Source: an uncultured Gemmatimonadales bacterium
GTDB taxonomy: Bacteria > Gemmatimonadota > Gemmatimonadetes > Gemmatimonadales > GWC2-71-9
Direction: 5' to 3'
Assembly (NCBI GenBank): GCA_963828735.1
Contig: CAWHFW010000005.1
Span: forward strand, 1,344,001-1,408,000
DNA: 64,000 bases
The position numbers and the translations under genes are program-made. Of this stretch, positions 19,779 through 28,931 are shown one piece after another. Below the pieces are notes generated by a model that was not told the DNA's origin, ran no database searches, and worked only from the letters and a program-made list of their open reading frames with translations. Positions within the stretch are counted from its first letter, which is position 1. Each line of letters begins with the position of its first letter.

Positions 19779-19949
19779 ATGCTGCTCATGTTGGAGCAGA
19801 TCGGCTGGTCGGTGGGCGCCGAGTTCGACGAGGGCGCGGAGGTTCGGGCACTGGCCGAAGCCACCGAGGCGGAGGCGTTGAGCGAGCAGATCGATCAGGC
19901 CGTCGAGGTCCCAGCGCGTCTCGTACCCGGTGAGGATGGCGTCCGTTGA
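19779..19949 (+). CDS. possible small acidic protein (56 aa)
   Basis: Read manually: MLLMLEQIGWSVGAEFDEGAEVRALAEATEAEALSEQIDQAVEV...; below the ORF-track cutoff. Confidence 0.3.
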   Translation: MLLMLEQIGWSVGAEFDEGAEVRALAEATEAEALSEQIDQAVEVPARLVPGEDGVR

Positions 19950-20050
19950 AGCGCGCGCGACCAGCGTCGCAGCGCATCGACGCGCGCCCGATCTGGTGCG
20001 CCGGCGGTGTCGGCGCGACCGGGGGGAGGTCTCACTGTTTGGATTAGCTC

Positions 20051-20287
20051 ATGCCCACTCGTAGCGTGCGTGAAGTGCGGGTACGACCGGAGTACGCTGA
20101 GCTGTATCCCGAGTTGGCCGATGCGTGGGTACCTGCGCGCGAGTTTGCCCAGGTGATCGTGCTGCGGGCGCGCGCCGCACGGGGTGCCAGCCTCCACCGG
20201 CGCACACTCGACCCTCGGCATTTCGAGTTCAGGGGAGGCCGGGCCGAGGCCCGGCCTCCCGAGGCTCGCACGCGGTGTACGGATTAG
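20051..20287 (+). CDS. small hypothetical protein, HFEFRGG family (copy 1)
   Basis: REVRVRPEYAELYP..W.PA...R.L...HFEFRGG; clearly similar to 23758..24000. Confidence 0.75.
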   Translation: MPTRSVREVRVRPEYAELYPELADAWVPAREFAQVIVLRARAARGASLHRRTLDPRHFEFRGGRAEARPPEARTRCTD

Positions 20288-20316
20288 CCTGCGGCCATTC
20301 GAGTCTGATCTACCGG

Positions 20317-20916
20317 CTAGCGCCGTCCTGGCGTCACCGGTTGGGCTGCGGGAGCCTCCGCGACTTGCTCCCACGCCTCCTTCACCGTCTTCTCCACCTG
20401 AGACACCACATCCGTCGCCGGGAGCCCCTCCTGCTGGAGGTAGCGGACCACTGATTCCGGCACCAAGGTGTCGAACCGCAGGATCACGACGGCGTAGTCG
20501 CGGAAGTGCTGGCGGCCGAGATCGGCCACTTCCTGGTCACCCAGCGCCAGGGCGGTCGTGTGCAGCATCAGGTAGCCGATGTTGGCCAGGTTGAACGCGG
20601 TGTAGTCGTCTCTCAGGTTCTTTGGCAGGCCCTCGCTCCGGACCAGGTCGATCAGTCCAGCAGCGGCCCCAGCGACCGCAGAGCCAGCCCGCTTTACCGC
20701 TCCGGCCACCCCAGCGGCTTTTCGCCGGTCGCTCAGCACCCGCAGGTCGGAGATGTGGTGCTCGACTTGGCGATGGATCTGCCGCAGCTCGGCCACGACG
20801 TCCGGATAGTCCTTCAGATCGGCCAGCTGTCCCTTGAGGGCCTTCTCGATGTGATCCTCGAGAGCCAGCATGTCGCCGATGTAGCTGTTGATCGCTTCGT
20901 TCTTGTCGCGTGCCAC
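20317..20916 (-). CDS. ferritin-like (YciE/YciF, DUF892-like) stress protein
   Basis: YIGDMLALEDHIE, helical pattern, HH pair, LRDDY, IGYLMLHTTA. Confidence 0.65.
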   Translation of the reverse strand: MARDKNEAINSYIGDMLALEDHIEKALKGQLADLKDYPDVVAELRQIHRQVEHHISDLRVLSDRRKAAGVAGAVKRAGSAVAGAAAGLIDLVRSEGLPKNLRDDYTAFNLANIGYLMLHTTALALGDQEVADLGRQHFRDYAVVILRFDTLVPESVVRYLQQEGLPATDVVSQVEKTVKEAWEQVAEAPAAQPVTPGRR

Positions 20917-21238
20917 GATGACCTCGCAATGCTATGACATGGGAGATGGTGTTCCGCTCGGGCCGCCATGATGGGCCGGTGGGTCTGCGAGGTCTGTGCG
21001 GGAGGTCACCAAGAGATCCGAAGCCTGCTGACGATCGCGGGGCCATCCATCAGTCGCTCCTCCCCCCGACCGCGGCGTCACAGGCGAGGCCTGCCTGCGT
21101 TGCCGATCGCGTCCGCGCCTGATCCGAAGCCATGCTGGACTTTGTGACCGGCGTCCTCTCGTCGGACGTCGCCAAGTGGTATTGTGTGAGCGAGATGTCC
21201 CTCGTGCTCGTTCCGGTCCATTCGTCCCTCCAGGGAAC

Positions 21239-21985
21239 ATGACCACACCGTTCGATGGGTCGAACTTTGACGCCGATGTGCAGTTCCAGCGCGAACGTCT
21301 GGCGCTCACCAAAGAGAAGATGCAGAAAGAGATGGGCGCCCTCCTCGACTACCTGGCCCAGGCCCTCCGGGCCTGGTACCCGGAAGAGGCGGAGCGAATT
21401 GTCGCCGCCGAACCGGAGATCACGGCAGCCCTAGGTCGTGCAGGCCGGGTGGACGAGGTGAAGGAGCGAGTGAGCCTGGTCGTCGCACGCGCCGAGGCCA
21501 TTGCGAGAGAGCACTTGTCGGCCAAGCACCTGTGGTGGCATGTGGCTGAGGGCCAGGGAATGGAGCGCACTGGATCCGCGCCGTACAAGGTCTCGGCCAG
21601 TCATAAAGTGCCGCAAATTCTCGTCGCGCCCGTGCGGCGCGCCCTGGGGGCCCTGGCCGTGGCGCTCGAGCCGTTCGGCTATCTCCGGGTGGCGGGGCAG
21701 CCGGACCAATTCGCGTGGCGGGAGGGCACTCAATCCAGCTACTCCTCGAGCCCGGACCCCGGTGCGACGCACTACCATCACGCCCCCCTCCCGCCGTTGC
21801 CTGAAGTGTTTGTTCAGGGTATCGGGCAGTACGACGTGCTCCTCGACGAAGCGCTGACGGCGCTCGCCGAAATCCGAAAGCTCGAGGCCGCGCGCAAGAT
21901 GGCAATGGCCAAGCACCTCCTGGACCAAAAGCGTCTCGTGAGGACCGGAGGTCCCCGGCGCGGCGACGTGGATCCGGATGAGTGA
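21239..21985 (+). CDS. hypothetical protein (island cargo)
   Basis: Long helical ORF. ATG at 21239 follows AGGGA. No recognised motif. Confidence 0.6.
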   Translation: MTTPFDGSNFDADVQFQRERLALTKEKMQKEMGALLDYLAQALRAWYPEEAERIVAAEPEITAALGRAGRVDEVKERVSLVVARAEAIAREHLSAKHLWWHVAEGQGMERTGSAPYKVSASHKVPQILVAPVRRALGALAVALEPFGYLRVAGQPDQFAWREGTQSSYSSSPDPGATHYHHAPLPPLPEVFVQGIGQYDVLLDEALTALAEIRKLEAARKMAMAKHLLDQKRLVRTGGPRRGDVDPDE

Positions 21986-22314
21986 TGTCCAAGCGGACGA
22001 TGCCCGGGCAGTGAAGGCGCCGCACCAGTACCCCCTTCCTGGTAACAAAGCGGCCTGGCGCGCCCGCGCTCCTCAATGAACCCCTGACGCTCGGCAAATC
22101 ACACCGCCGTCCCGGAAACAAGAAGTACCGCTCAAGAAGCACGTCTCGTCAAGCTTCCCGACACAGCCGGGCGATGAAGGTTCGCTACCGTACCGACTGT
22201 CCTTACTCGGACTCCCTCTCCTATCAATGCGTGACTTCCCTCACGGTCGTTCGTTGTCCATCTCCCTACTATCCGCGTCCGCTAGAGTGAGCCTAGAACT
22301 AGGAGGAGTAGCAC

Positions 22315-22830
22315 ATGGCACGAGTAACTGCTGTATTTGACGACCGAGCGCAGGCTGAGCGAGCTGTCAACGAGCTCCGGCGCCTGGGCTTGAGAGATAC
22401 CGATCTGTCCTTTGTCGCGCGCACTGAGGAGGACGCCGTGGCCGCCGGAGCGGGTCGCGAAAGTGCACGTGAAAGTGCAGGCGAACGAGCGGCCAAGGGA
22501 GCGGCCGTGGGCGCAGGCGCCGGGCTGCTCTTCGGCCTCGCGGCCCTTGCAATCCCTGGGCTGGGGCCTTTCATCACTGCTGGAGGTCTCGCTTCTGCTC
22601 TGGGGACAACCGGTGGTGCATTGGCGTCGGGCGCGATCGTGGGCGGCACCTCGGGAGCCATCGCAGGCGCCCTCACCCGCGCGGGCTACAGCAAGGAGGA
22701 GTCCGAGTTCTATGGCCCGCATGTTGAGCGCGGCGGGGTATTGGTGGCCGTAGAGACCGATTCTGGGTTCTCGGCAGACCAGGCACGTGAGGTGCTGGCA
22801 GTTGAGGGCGGACGCACGCACACCCGCTAA
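22315..22830 (+). CDS. general stress protein (YflT/17M-like) with Gly-rich membrane segment
   Basis: AGGAGG RBS, VTAVFDDRAQAERAVNEL, GLAALAIPGLGPFITAG, VERGGVLVAV. Confidence 0.8.
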   Translation: MARVTAVFDDRAQAERAVNELRRLGLRDTDLSFVARTEEDAVAAGAGRESARESAGERAAKGAAVGAGAGLLFGLAALAIPGLGPFITAGGLASALGTTGGALASGAIVGGTSGAIAGALTRAGYSKEESEFYGPHVERGGVLVAVETDSGFSADQAREVLAVEGGRTHTR

Positions 22831-22967
22831 TTAACAAAGACCGAGTAGCCCGTAAGGCGGCATACAGGAGAGCACTCGGCTCCCGCGTGCCGCCTTTCGT
22901 TTTGGTTCAGAGACCCGGCGCAGTCTTTCCTCACCCACCCGTTCTTCCCAAATGGCTTCCAACCCAA

Positions 22968-22992
22968 ACGGCCCACCTGTTGGGTGGGCCGT
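22968..22992 (-). terminator. intrinsic terminator-like hairpin downstream of tRNA-Cys
   Basis: Perfect 10-bp stem ACGGCCCACC/GGTGGGCCGT, ending GTTT on the minus strand. Confidence 0.6.
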
Positions 22993-23010
22993 AAGTATGT
23001 GAGGCCGTAG

Positions 23011-23082
<72 letters not shown>

Positions 23083-23293
23083 CGGGGACAGCAATCGTAA
23101 TGCGCCACAACGACTTTGGCAATCTCTCGAGCGCCGCGATCCCGCGATCGCCAGTGACCCGAACCGCCGATTGCGCCGACCCCGCCCCGCTCCGTTGAGA
23201 TCGCGCCGCAGGTCAACCAACTTCCCCGCGCGTTCCCCCTTCCCCATCCGCCCGCACCACGGCATTTTCGGCATGGGAGGTTCGCCTCCCACC

Positions 23294-23642
23294 TTAGCGC
23301 TCCCCGAATTCCGGCATGCCGCACCAATTGAGGAACGCCACCAGGTTTTCCGCGTCCTCCGGTGTCGGCATCATGATCTCCGTCCTGCCCCGCGTGACCA
23401 GCGGGACGAACCGAAGTCCGTTCCGGCCCGGCCGCCGGAGCGCGTGTTGCCCGACGCTCCAGGGACCTTCCTGAAGCTGATCGGCGCGCGGGGCGATGGC
23501 GAGCCCCCCGCACCAGGCTCCGGAGCAGCGACCAGTCGCGGCGCTCGCGGGTCCTCGGCTGACGCTGATGTGCAAGCATGAAGATCAGCTCGACCATGGC
23601 CCGTTGGCACAGCGTTTCCGCCTTGGCGTCGTCCATGTCCAC
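23294..23642 (-). pseudogene. small hypothetical protein, frameshifted in a 6-G run (23504-23509)
   Basis: Removing one G joins MDMDDAKAETLCQRAMVELIF...LVRG to LAIAPRADQLQEGPW...LVAFLNWCGMPE. Confidence 0.55.
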
Positions 23643-23757
23643 CTCTGGTCGGAGGCAGTGGTCGCAAGTGAGCGAGCGGGATCATGAACTGCACGACGGC
23701 GCACCAGCGGACCGAGTCGATCCGCGTCGTCCATCCAATCCAAGCTGGGGGAATCGC

Positions 23758-24000
23758 GTGCAAAGTACCATCCGCGAGGCCAGGCTCAAACCCGACTACG
23801 CCTCGTTCTACCCAGGGGTGGAGCCCGGCATCTGGTTGCCCGCCACGGTTATCGGCCAGCAGCTCCTGCTGTGGCACCTGACTGCGCCGGCCACGCCTCA
23901 GGGCGAGCGGCTCATGTCCGAGGAGCATTTCGAGTTTCGCGGAGGCCAGAAACGCGTCGGCTCCTGGATCAACATGCGGACCCGGCTGGCCGACGGCTGA
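23758..24000 (+). CDS. small hypothetical protein, HFEFRGG family (copy 2)
   Basis: GTG start after GGGGGA; REARLKPDYASFYP..WLPA...RLMSEEHFEFRGG. Confidence 0.75.
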   Translation: MQSTIREARLKPDYASFYPGVEPGIWLPATVIGQQLLLWHLTAPATPQGERLMSEEHFEFRGGQKRVGSWINMRTRLADG

Positions 24001-24052
24001 AGCAGCCGGCCGTATCGACGCGCCACACGGTCGAGGGAGCCGGTGGTCACCC

Positions 24053-24934
24053 TCAGGGCGCCATGACGGCCAGGTCGAGTGGTCGGATGCGATAGGTCAG
24101 CGGCGGCTCCAGGTAGACCACCTCACCGTCGAGCGCGACCGCGACCCGGCGGCGGGTTTCGATCACCGCCTCCTCGACGTGGAACAGCTCGAGCTCCTGT
24201 ACCCGGTCCGCCCCCAACAGCAGCACCCGCCAGCCCATCAGCACGAGGCTCCGCCGCTGGCCCGCGTTCATCACGTACAGGGCCAGCCGTCCGTCTGTCA
24301 GCGAGTCGCGAGAGCCGGCGTCGAGTCCCGCCATGCGGTATTCGTTGTTTCCGACGAACACGAAGGGGGTGCGCCGAACCACCGTCTCCGTCTCGGTCCG
24401 GATCCGGACCGCCATGAACGGCCGGCGTCTCAGCACCGCCAGCGTCGCCCAGAGCGCCGCGAGCCACTTCCCCGGGCCAGTGGCACCCCAGCGTCGCCGC
24501 AGGCCGACGATGCGCGGGTACACGCCGAGGCTCGAGTTGTTGACGAACACCCGTCCGTTCACCTCACCGATGTCCACGCGCCGCACGGCGCCTTCGGCGA
24601 CGACCCGCACGGCGTCCTGTAGCTCGAGCGGCAGTCCGAGGTCCTTGGCGAAGTGATTCAGGGTGCCGGTGGGAAGGATGCCCAGCGGGGTCGTGGAGCC
24701 GGCGACGGCGGCGGCAACCGCGTTGACTGTCCCGTCGCCGCCCGCGGCGACCGCGACTCGGCAACCCTCCGTGACGGCGCGGCGCGCCTGCACCGTGACC
24801 GAGCGGCCCGGCCCCGCAGCGAGGAGCGTGGCTTCACGGCCTGTGGCTGCGAACAGCTCGACGATACGCGAGCCGGTCTCGTCGCCGCCGCCGTTGCCTG
24901 AGCCTGGGTTGAGAATGACGGCGACATCGAGCAC
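24053..24934 (-). CDS. diacylglycerol/lipid kinase family protein (YegS/DAGK)
   Basis: ILNPGSG, AAGGDGT, LPTGTLNHFAKDL, FVNNSSLG, LDGE. Confidence 0.92.
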   Translation of the reverse strand: MLDVAVILNPGSGNGGGDETGSRIVELFAATGREATLLAAGPGRSVTVQARRAVTEGCRVAVAAGGDGTVNAVAAAVAGSTTPLGILPTGTLNHFAKDLGLPLELQDAVRVVAEGAVRRVDIGEVNGRVFVNNSSLGVYPRIVGLRRRWGATGPGKWLAALWATLAVLRRRPFMAVRIRTETETVVRRTPFVFVGNNEYRMAGLDAGSRDSLTDGRLALYVMNAGQRRSLVLMGWRVLLLGADRVQELELFHVEEAVIETRRRVAVALDGEVVYLEPPLTYRIRPLDLAVMAP

Positions 24935-24993
24935 ACTGGTTCCATGGTGGATGACCATCCATGGTATCACTGAACCGGGGAGGGAGGTGCGAG

Positions 24994-25107
24994 ATGGATC
25001 ACTTCGGGGACCGCCGGCTCGGCCGGCGGGGCATCACGGTCCTGAATCTGGTGCTGTTGATCCTCGCGGTCGTGATCGTCGCGGTGCTCGTCTATCGCTA
25101 CCGGTAG
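24994..25107 (+). CDS. 37-aa single-TM microprotein with a prepilin-like leader
   Basis: Strong GGGAGG RBS; MDHFGDRRLGRRG-ITVLNLVLLILAVVIVAVLVYRYR. Confidence 0.6.
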   Translation: MDHFGDRRLGRRGITVLNLVLLILAVVIVAVLVYRYR

Positions 25108-25111
25108 ACGC

Positions 25112-26674
25112 TCACCCGACGAGGCGGCTCCTGAGGGCCACCGGCTCGGTTGCCGCCTCGGACTCGAGGTAGGCGTTGGGATCGTGGTAGAGCGCGCCGT
25201 CGGGCAGGTACTCATAGAGCGGGCCCAGGTCGTGCCGGATGCGGTTGTGATAGAACTCGGGGAGGACGTCGGTCTCCCCCTCGAGGTAACCACGCACGGA
25301 CCGATCGGTGTCGAGCAGGCGCCGGATGTTCGTGTGATACTCGATCCGCCCCCAGCCCTCCGACGACATGGCCCGAACGACGTTCATCCACTTCGGGATC
25401 ATCGTCGGCGTGGCGGGCACGCGCCGGGCGATCGCCCGCCAGGAGAACGAGTAGCGCGTCACGTCGATCAAGCCGTCGTAGAACTCCGTCCAGCTGTAGT
25501 TCTTCGGCCGGACGTTCATCGCGTGGTTGTTATTGAGGAAATGGAACGGGAACGGCAGGACCCGCCCCGCGCGCTGGTACTCGAGATTCATCGGCGCCGC
25601 CCGGCCGAACGCCGAGAGCAGCGAATAGGCGGGGAAGGCGCCCGGCGCCAGGTCGATGAACTTGCGGGTCAGCTCGAACGGCTCGGAGCCCGAGTCGCCA
25701 TCGAGGCCCAGCACGAAGTTGGTCTGGATGTACGGGATGTAGCGCAGGATCATGTTCACGTGGTCGGCCACCTGCTCGACCTTGTCCATGCCCGTCCGCC
25801 GGGTCTTCGACTTGTTGCCCAGATCGTACCACGACTCGATGCCCGGCAGGATGGCCTGGAAGCCGTTCTGCTTGAGCCGCTTGAGGTGCGGCTCCGAGAG
25901 CAGCGAGAGACTGCTTTCGGCGATGTGCCGCATCCGTCCCGGCGGGCCGGCCCCCTCCACCGCCTCCATGTAATCGTTGAACCGGACGCCGAAGTTCGGA
26001 TCGTGCCAGCCGACGATCGGGTTCTTCATCTTGGTCAGCAGGAACGCCAGGTCGTCGCGAAGGTCGTCGAAGCCAAGCGGCTGGTAATCCACCGTCGAGT
26101 CGATGCAGAAGCAGCACGTGTACGGGCAGCCGAGGCTGCCGATCATCGGCACGATCTTGATGGTGGGCGCCTTCCGAAGCGTCGCCTCGGTGAACTTCCA
26201 CCGTTGGCGGAGCGTCGGCAGCTCGACCGGCTGCGACTTCGCCGCGAGGTGCGCGCCGTACGGCCGGTGCGGGCGGCAGTCCCGAAGCACCTCCGCTACG
26301 ATGGTCCGATCGGTGAAGCCGAGCACGTAGTCGAAGTACTTCCGCGCATCCTCGGGATAGCACCGCGCGTGCGGGCCGCCGAGCACGGTGACGGTGCCCC
26401 GGCGCCGGAACAGGTTGCTCAGCGCGTAGGCGAGCTGCGCCGACTGCGTGAAGGCCCCGATGAACAGCACGTCGAGGTTCTGCGGCAGCTCAGTGAGCAG
26501 GTCCTCCATGCCGGTATAGCAGACGAGGGTCACATCGTGACCCTCCTGCTCGCACCAGACGCCGAGAACCTGGGGCATGATGCTCGCCAGGTTGGCGTTC
26601 ATGATGCGGCCGTACAAGGAGACCTTCGGGCTCTTGGTGACGAGATCCAAGATGCCGACGCGCAGCCGTCGCAT
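25112..26674 (-). CDS. cobalamin-binding-domain radical SAM protein
   Basis: N-terminal B12-binding-like domain (TVLGGPHA), GCPYTCCFC (CxxxCxxC), DPNF, GIES. Confidence 0.85.
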   Translation of the reverse strand: MRRLRVGILDLVTKSPKVSLYGRIMNANLASIMPQVLGVWCEQEGHDVTLVCYTGMEDLLTELPQNLDVLFIGAFTQSAQLAYALSNLFRRRGTVTVLGGPHARCYPEDARKYFDYVLGFTDRTIVAEVLRDCRPHRPYGAHLAAKSQPVELPTLRQRWKFTEATLRKAPTIKIVPMIGSLGCPYTCCFCIDSTVDYQPLGFDDLRDDLAFLLTKMKNPIVGWHDPNFGVRFNDYMEAVEGAGPPGRMRHIAESSLSLLSEPHLKRLKQNGFQAILPGIESWYDLGNKSKTRRTGMDKVEQVADHVNMILRYIPYIQTNFVLGLDGDSGSEPFELTRKFIDLAPGAFPAYSLLSAFGRAAPMNLEYQRAGRVLPFPFHFLNNNHAMNVRPKNYSWTEFYDGLIDVTRYSFSWRAIARRVPATPTMIPKWMNVVRAMSSEGWGRIEYHTNIRRLLDTDRSVRGYLEGETDVLPEFYHNRIRHDLGPLYEYLPDGALYHDPNAYLESEAATEPVALRSRLVG

Positions 26675-26875
26675 GCGGTGCTCCTACGTGTGGGGACACC
26701 TTCGCTCCACAATGGAACGTGGAGACCGCCTACAAATTGTGGTCGATAGGACTAGCGGTGCTGCCATCACATAGAGGCGGGGCAATGGCGGTGGGACGCG
26801 GGGAACATGGGCCGACACGGGCCGGAAGGCAACCCTTTGATGGGCTCCTTTGCCGGATCGGTCACGCGGAGAATC

Positions 26876-27244
26876 TTACGGCGTGACCGCGACGCTGTCT
26901 ACGAAATAGGCAGTGTGGCCGAAGCAGGTCGTGGGCAGCCCCGGATGCTCCGTGTAGTGCAGAACCGCCCGGCGTCCGAGCGCCGCGCTGAGCTGGGGCA
27001 CCACCGATTCGTCGCGGACGGTGAAGGACCAGATGGTGGGCGCCACTCCAGGCACCACGGACATCGCGAGCTCGCCTTCGTAGGTCTTACAGATCCATCC
27101 GCGCCGGCTGAACTTCTGCAGCACGCCCGCCCGTTCTCCGTCCGAGTAACTCCACTTCAGGGCCGCCCCCACGTACAGGGTAAAAAGGACGGTAGGGACC
27201 GTCATAAGGCCGAACACGATGAGCCACAGGTGGCGACGCGTCAT
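26876..27244 (-). CDS. membrane-anchored hypothetical protein
   Basis: N-terminal TM, YSDGERAG, GWICKTYEGEL, paired Cys. Confidence 0.75.
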   Translation of the reverse strand: MTRRHLWLIVFGLMTVPTVLFTLYVGAALKWSYSDGERAGVLQKFSRRGWICKTYEGELAMSVVPGVAPTIWSFTVRDESVVPQLSAALGRRAVLHYTEHPGLPTTCFGHTAYFVDSVAVTP

Positions 27245-27265
27245 GGGATGATGGGGTTGGGGTGC

Positions 27266-28879
27266 TCAATTACCACGACCGCGTCCGACTGGCGAGAACA
27301 CAAAACCCTTCCCGACGGTAAAGACCCAGCCGGCGCCCTGCGCGTCGTTCGCGAACCGGTGGGCCAGATCCAGTCGCAGGGCATCCGTATCGGTGGCGCG
27401 GCTGGCCCCCAATCGGAGACCTATCCCGGCATCCCAACCCGTGCGACGGGGATCCCCGTCATACCAGGCGCCGCCATAGTCGACGAAGCTGGCGACTCCC
27501 AGGCCGAGCTGGCCGAGGAAGTCGTCGACGATAGTATACCGATATTCGGCCGTGCCGAAGAAGGAGCGGTCGCCGGTGAACGCGTGGCTGCGGAAGGCTC
27601 GCGGGCCCAGGCCGAGGCCGAGGTCGAACTCCGTACCGGGCAGCGGATTCTCGAGCCAGCCGCCTTCCAGATGCAGAATGCCAACCTGGTGCGCCCCGGG
27701 CTGCAGGACGGCGGTGGCCGCAAGCTGGACGGCGCCGCTGTCCAGACCGCCGCTGTCGTACAGTCCATTCGCAAGCGCCTCGAGGTACCCGAACCCGCCG
27801 GGCACCCGGGCGCCGGCGCGCGCCAAGAAGCTAGGCCCGATCCCATTGCGATCATAGCCGAACGCCTTGGGCGCCACCAGCAGTCCCAGCCGGACCGTGA
27901 CGCCGAGGTCCACGTCCTCCTCGCGCGCGAACCCGAACACCCCCCGAGTAACGAGGAAGTTCGCGCGGCTCCAGGTCAGATACGGGCCGACGGCCCCGGT
28001 CACCGTCTTGCCGAAGGGCTCGGTGGAGGCCTCGGGCTGGAAATCCTCACGGCGCACCTGGGCGGTTACCCCCCAGCGCGTGTAGCCCTCGAACGACGCG
28101 TGCGTTGCCCACGCGGCCGACGCGCGCACCAGGCTGAACAGATGGGTCAGCGTGTCGCTCGCGACGTTCGACCCATCGAAGAACTGGAGTATCCGCTCGT
28201 CCCGGTCTTCCGCCTCGATCCGGAAGCCGGTCCGGGAGGTTAGCGAGTAGAATGGCTTTTCCACCGCGATGGCGCTGATCTGTCCATCGGAGCGGTTCTC
28301 GTAGACGAGCCCCAGTCCCACCGCGCCGGCGAACAGCCGCGGCCGCCGAAAGCCAAGGGTGACGCTCGTGCGGTCCGGGTTCTTGCGATACCGGACCGAC
28401 GCTGAGGAGGCGGTGCCGAGCAGGTTGTCCTCGACCAGCCCTATCGTGTAGGCGATCTCGCCCCCGGTGCTCCGGAATCGCAAGTCTGCCTTGGTGCTCC
28501 AGCCATCCTTAGTGACGACGCGCGCCACCAGCCCGGAGTCGGTCCGCACGGTGTCGATGAGCACCCGGCGAAACACGCCCAACGCGCGAAGGTTGCGCTC
28601 GGATTCGGCGATCCGGGCGGAGTCGTACGGCTGGCCGGGCTCGAACTGCAGCTCGCGGCGGATGGTGGCCGCGCGGGTCTGGATGTGGAGGGCGTTGCCC
28701 ACGCGGGCGACCCACCCGCGCTCGCTGGGATCGAAGATGTCGCGGCGGTCGAGCTCCACGCCCCGGAGGGTATCCCCCGTCGCCGCGCTCGCGGGCCGGG
28801 CGGAATCCGCCGGCACCTGGGCCGCGAGGCGTAATGGAACGGCGAGCATCACCAGTGGCAGGAGATGCCGAAGCGACAA
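27266..28879 (-). CDS. BamA/TamA (Omp85)-like outer membrane protein with a POTRA domain
   Basis: Signal peptide, TIRREL...ESERNLR POTRA motif, EDNLLG, amphipathic beta strands, terminal aromatic residues. Confidence 0.8.
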   Translation of the reverse strand: MSLRHLLPLVMLAVPLRLAAQVPADSARPASAATGDTLRGVELDRRDIFDPSERGWVARVGNALHIQTRAATIRRELQFEPGQPYDSARIAESERNLRALGVFRRVLIDTVRTDSGLVARVVTKDGWSTKADLRFRSTGGEIAYTIGLVEDNLLGTASSASVRYRKNPDRTSVTLGFRRPRLFAGAVGLGLVYENRSDGQISAIAVEKPFYSLTSRTGFRIEAEDRDERILQFFDGSNVASDTLTHLFSLVRASAAWATHASFEGYTRWGVTAQVRREDFQPEASTEPFGKTVTGAVGPYLTWSRANFLVTRGVFGFAREEDVDLGVTVRLGLLVAPKAFGYDRNGIGPSFLARAGARVPGGFGYLEALANGLYDSGGLDSGAVQLAATAVLQPGAHQVGILHLEGGWLENPLPGTEFDLGLGLGPRAFRSHAFTGDRSFFGTAEYRYTIVDDFLGQLGLGVASFVDYGGAWYDGDPRRTGWDAGIGLRLGASRATDTDALRLDLAHRFANDAQGAGWVFTVGKGFVFSPVGRGRGN

Positions 28880-28931
28880 ACGGGCTCCAGTTACGGGGGT
28901 GGTAAAGATACCACGCCGTCACTGGCGGGGG

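Larger units (their letters stand above)
18451..23008. mobile_element. ~4.6 kb genomic island or relic integrated at tRNA-Cys; no integrase visible
   Basis: Bounded by the intact tRNA and its duplicated 3' part. It has long, less GC-rich intergenic stretches. Confidence 0.75.

Noticed and set aside
21978..22300. Possible gene fragment after the island hypothetical protein
   Set aside because: The frame closes after ~33 codons, with no recognisable similarity.
25112..26674. RiPP cluster formed by the radical SAM and the 37-aa ORF
   Set aside because: The small ORF is convergent and a plain TM helix; no SPASM/RRE domain, protease or exporter was seen.
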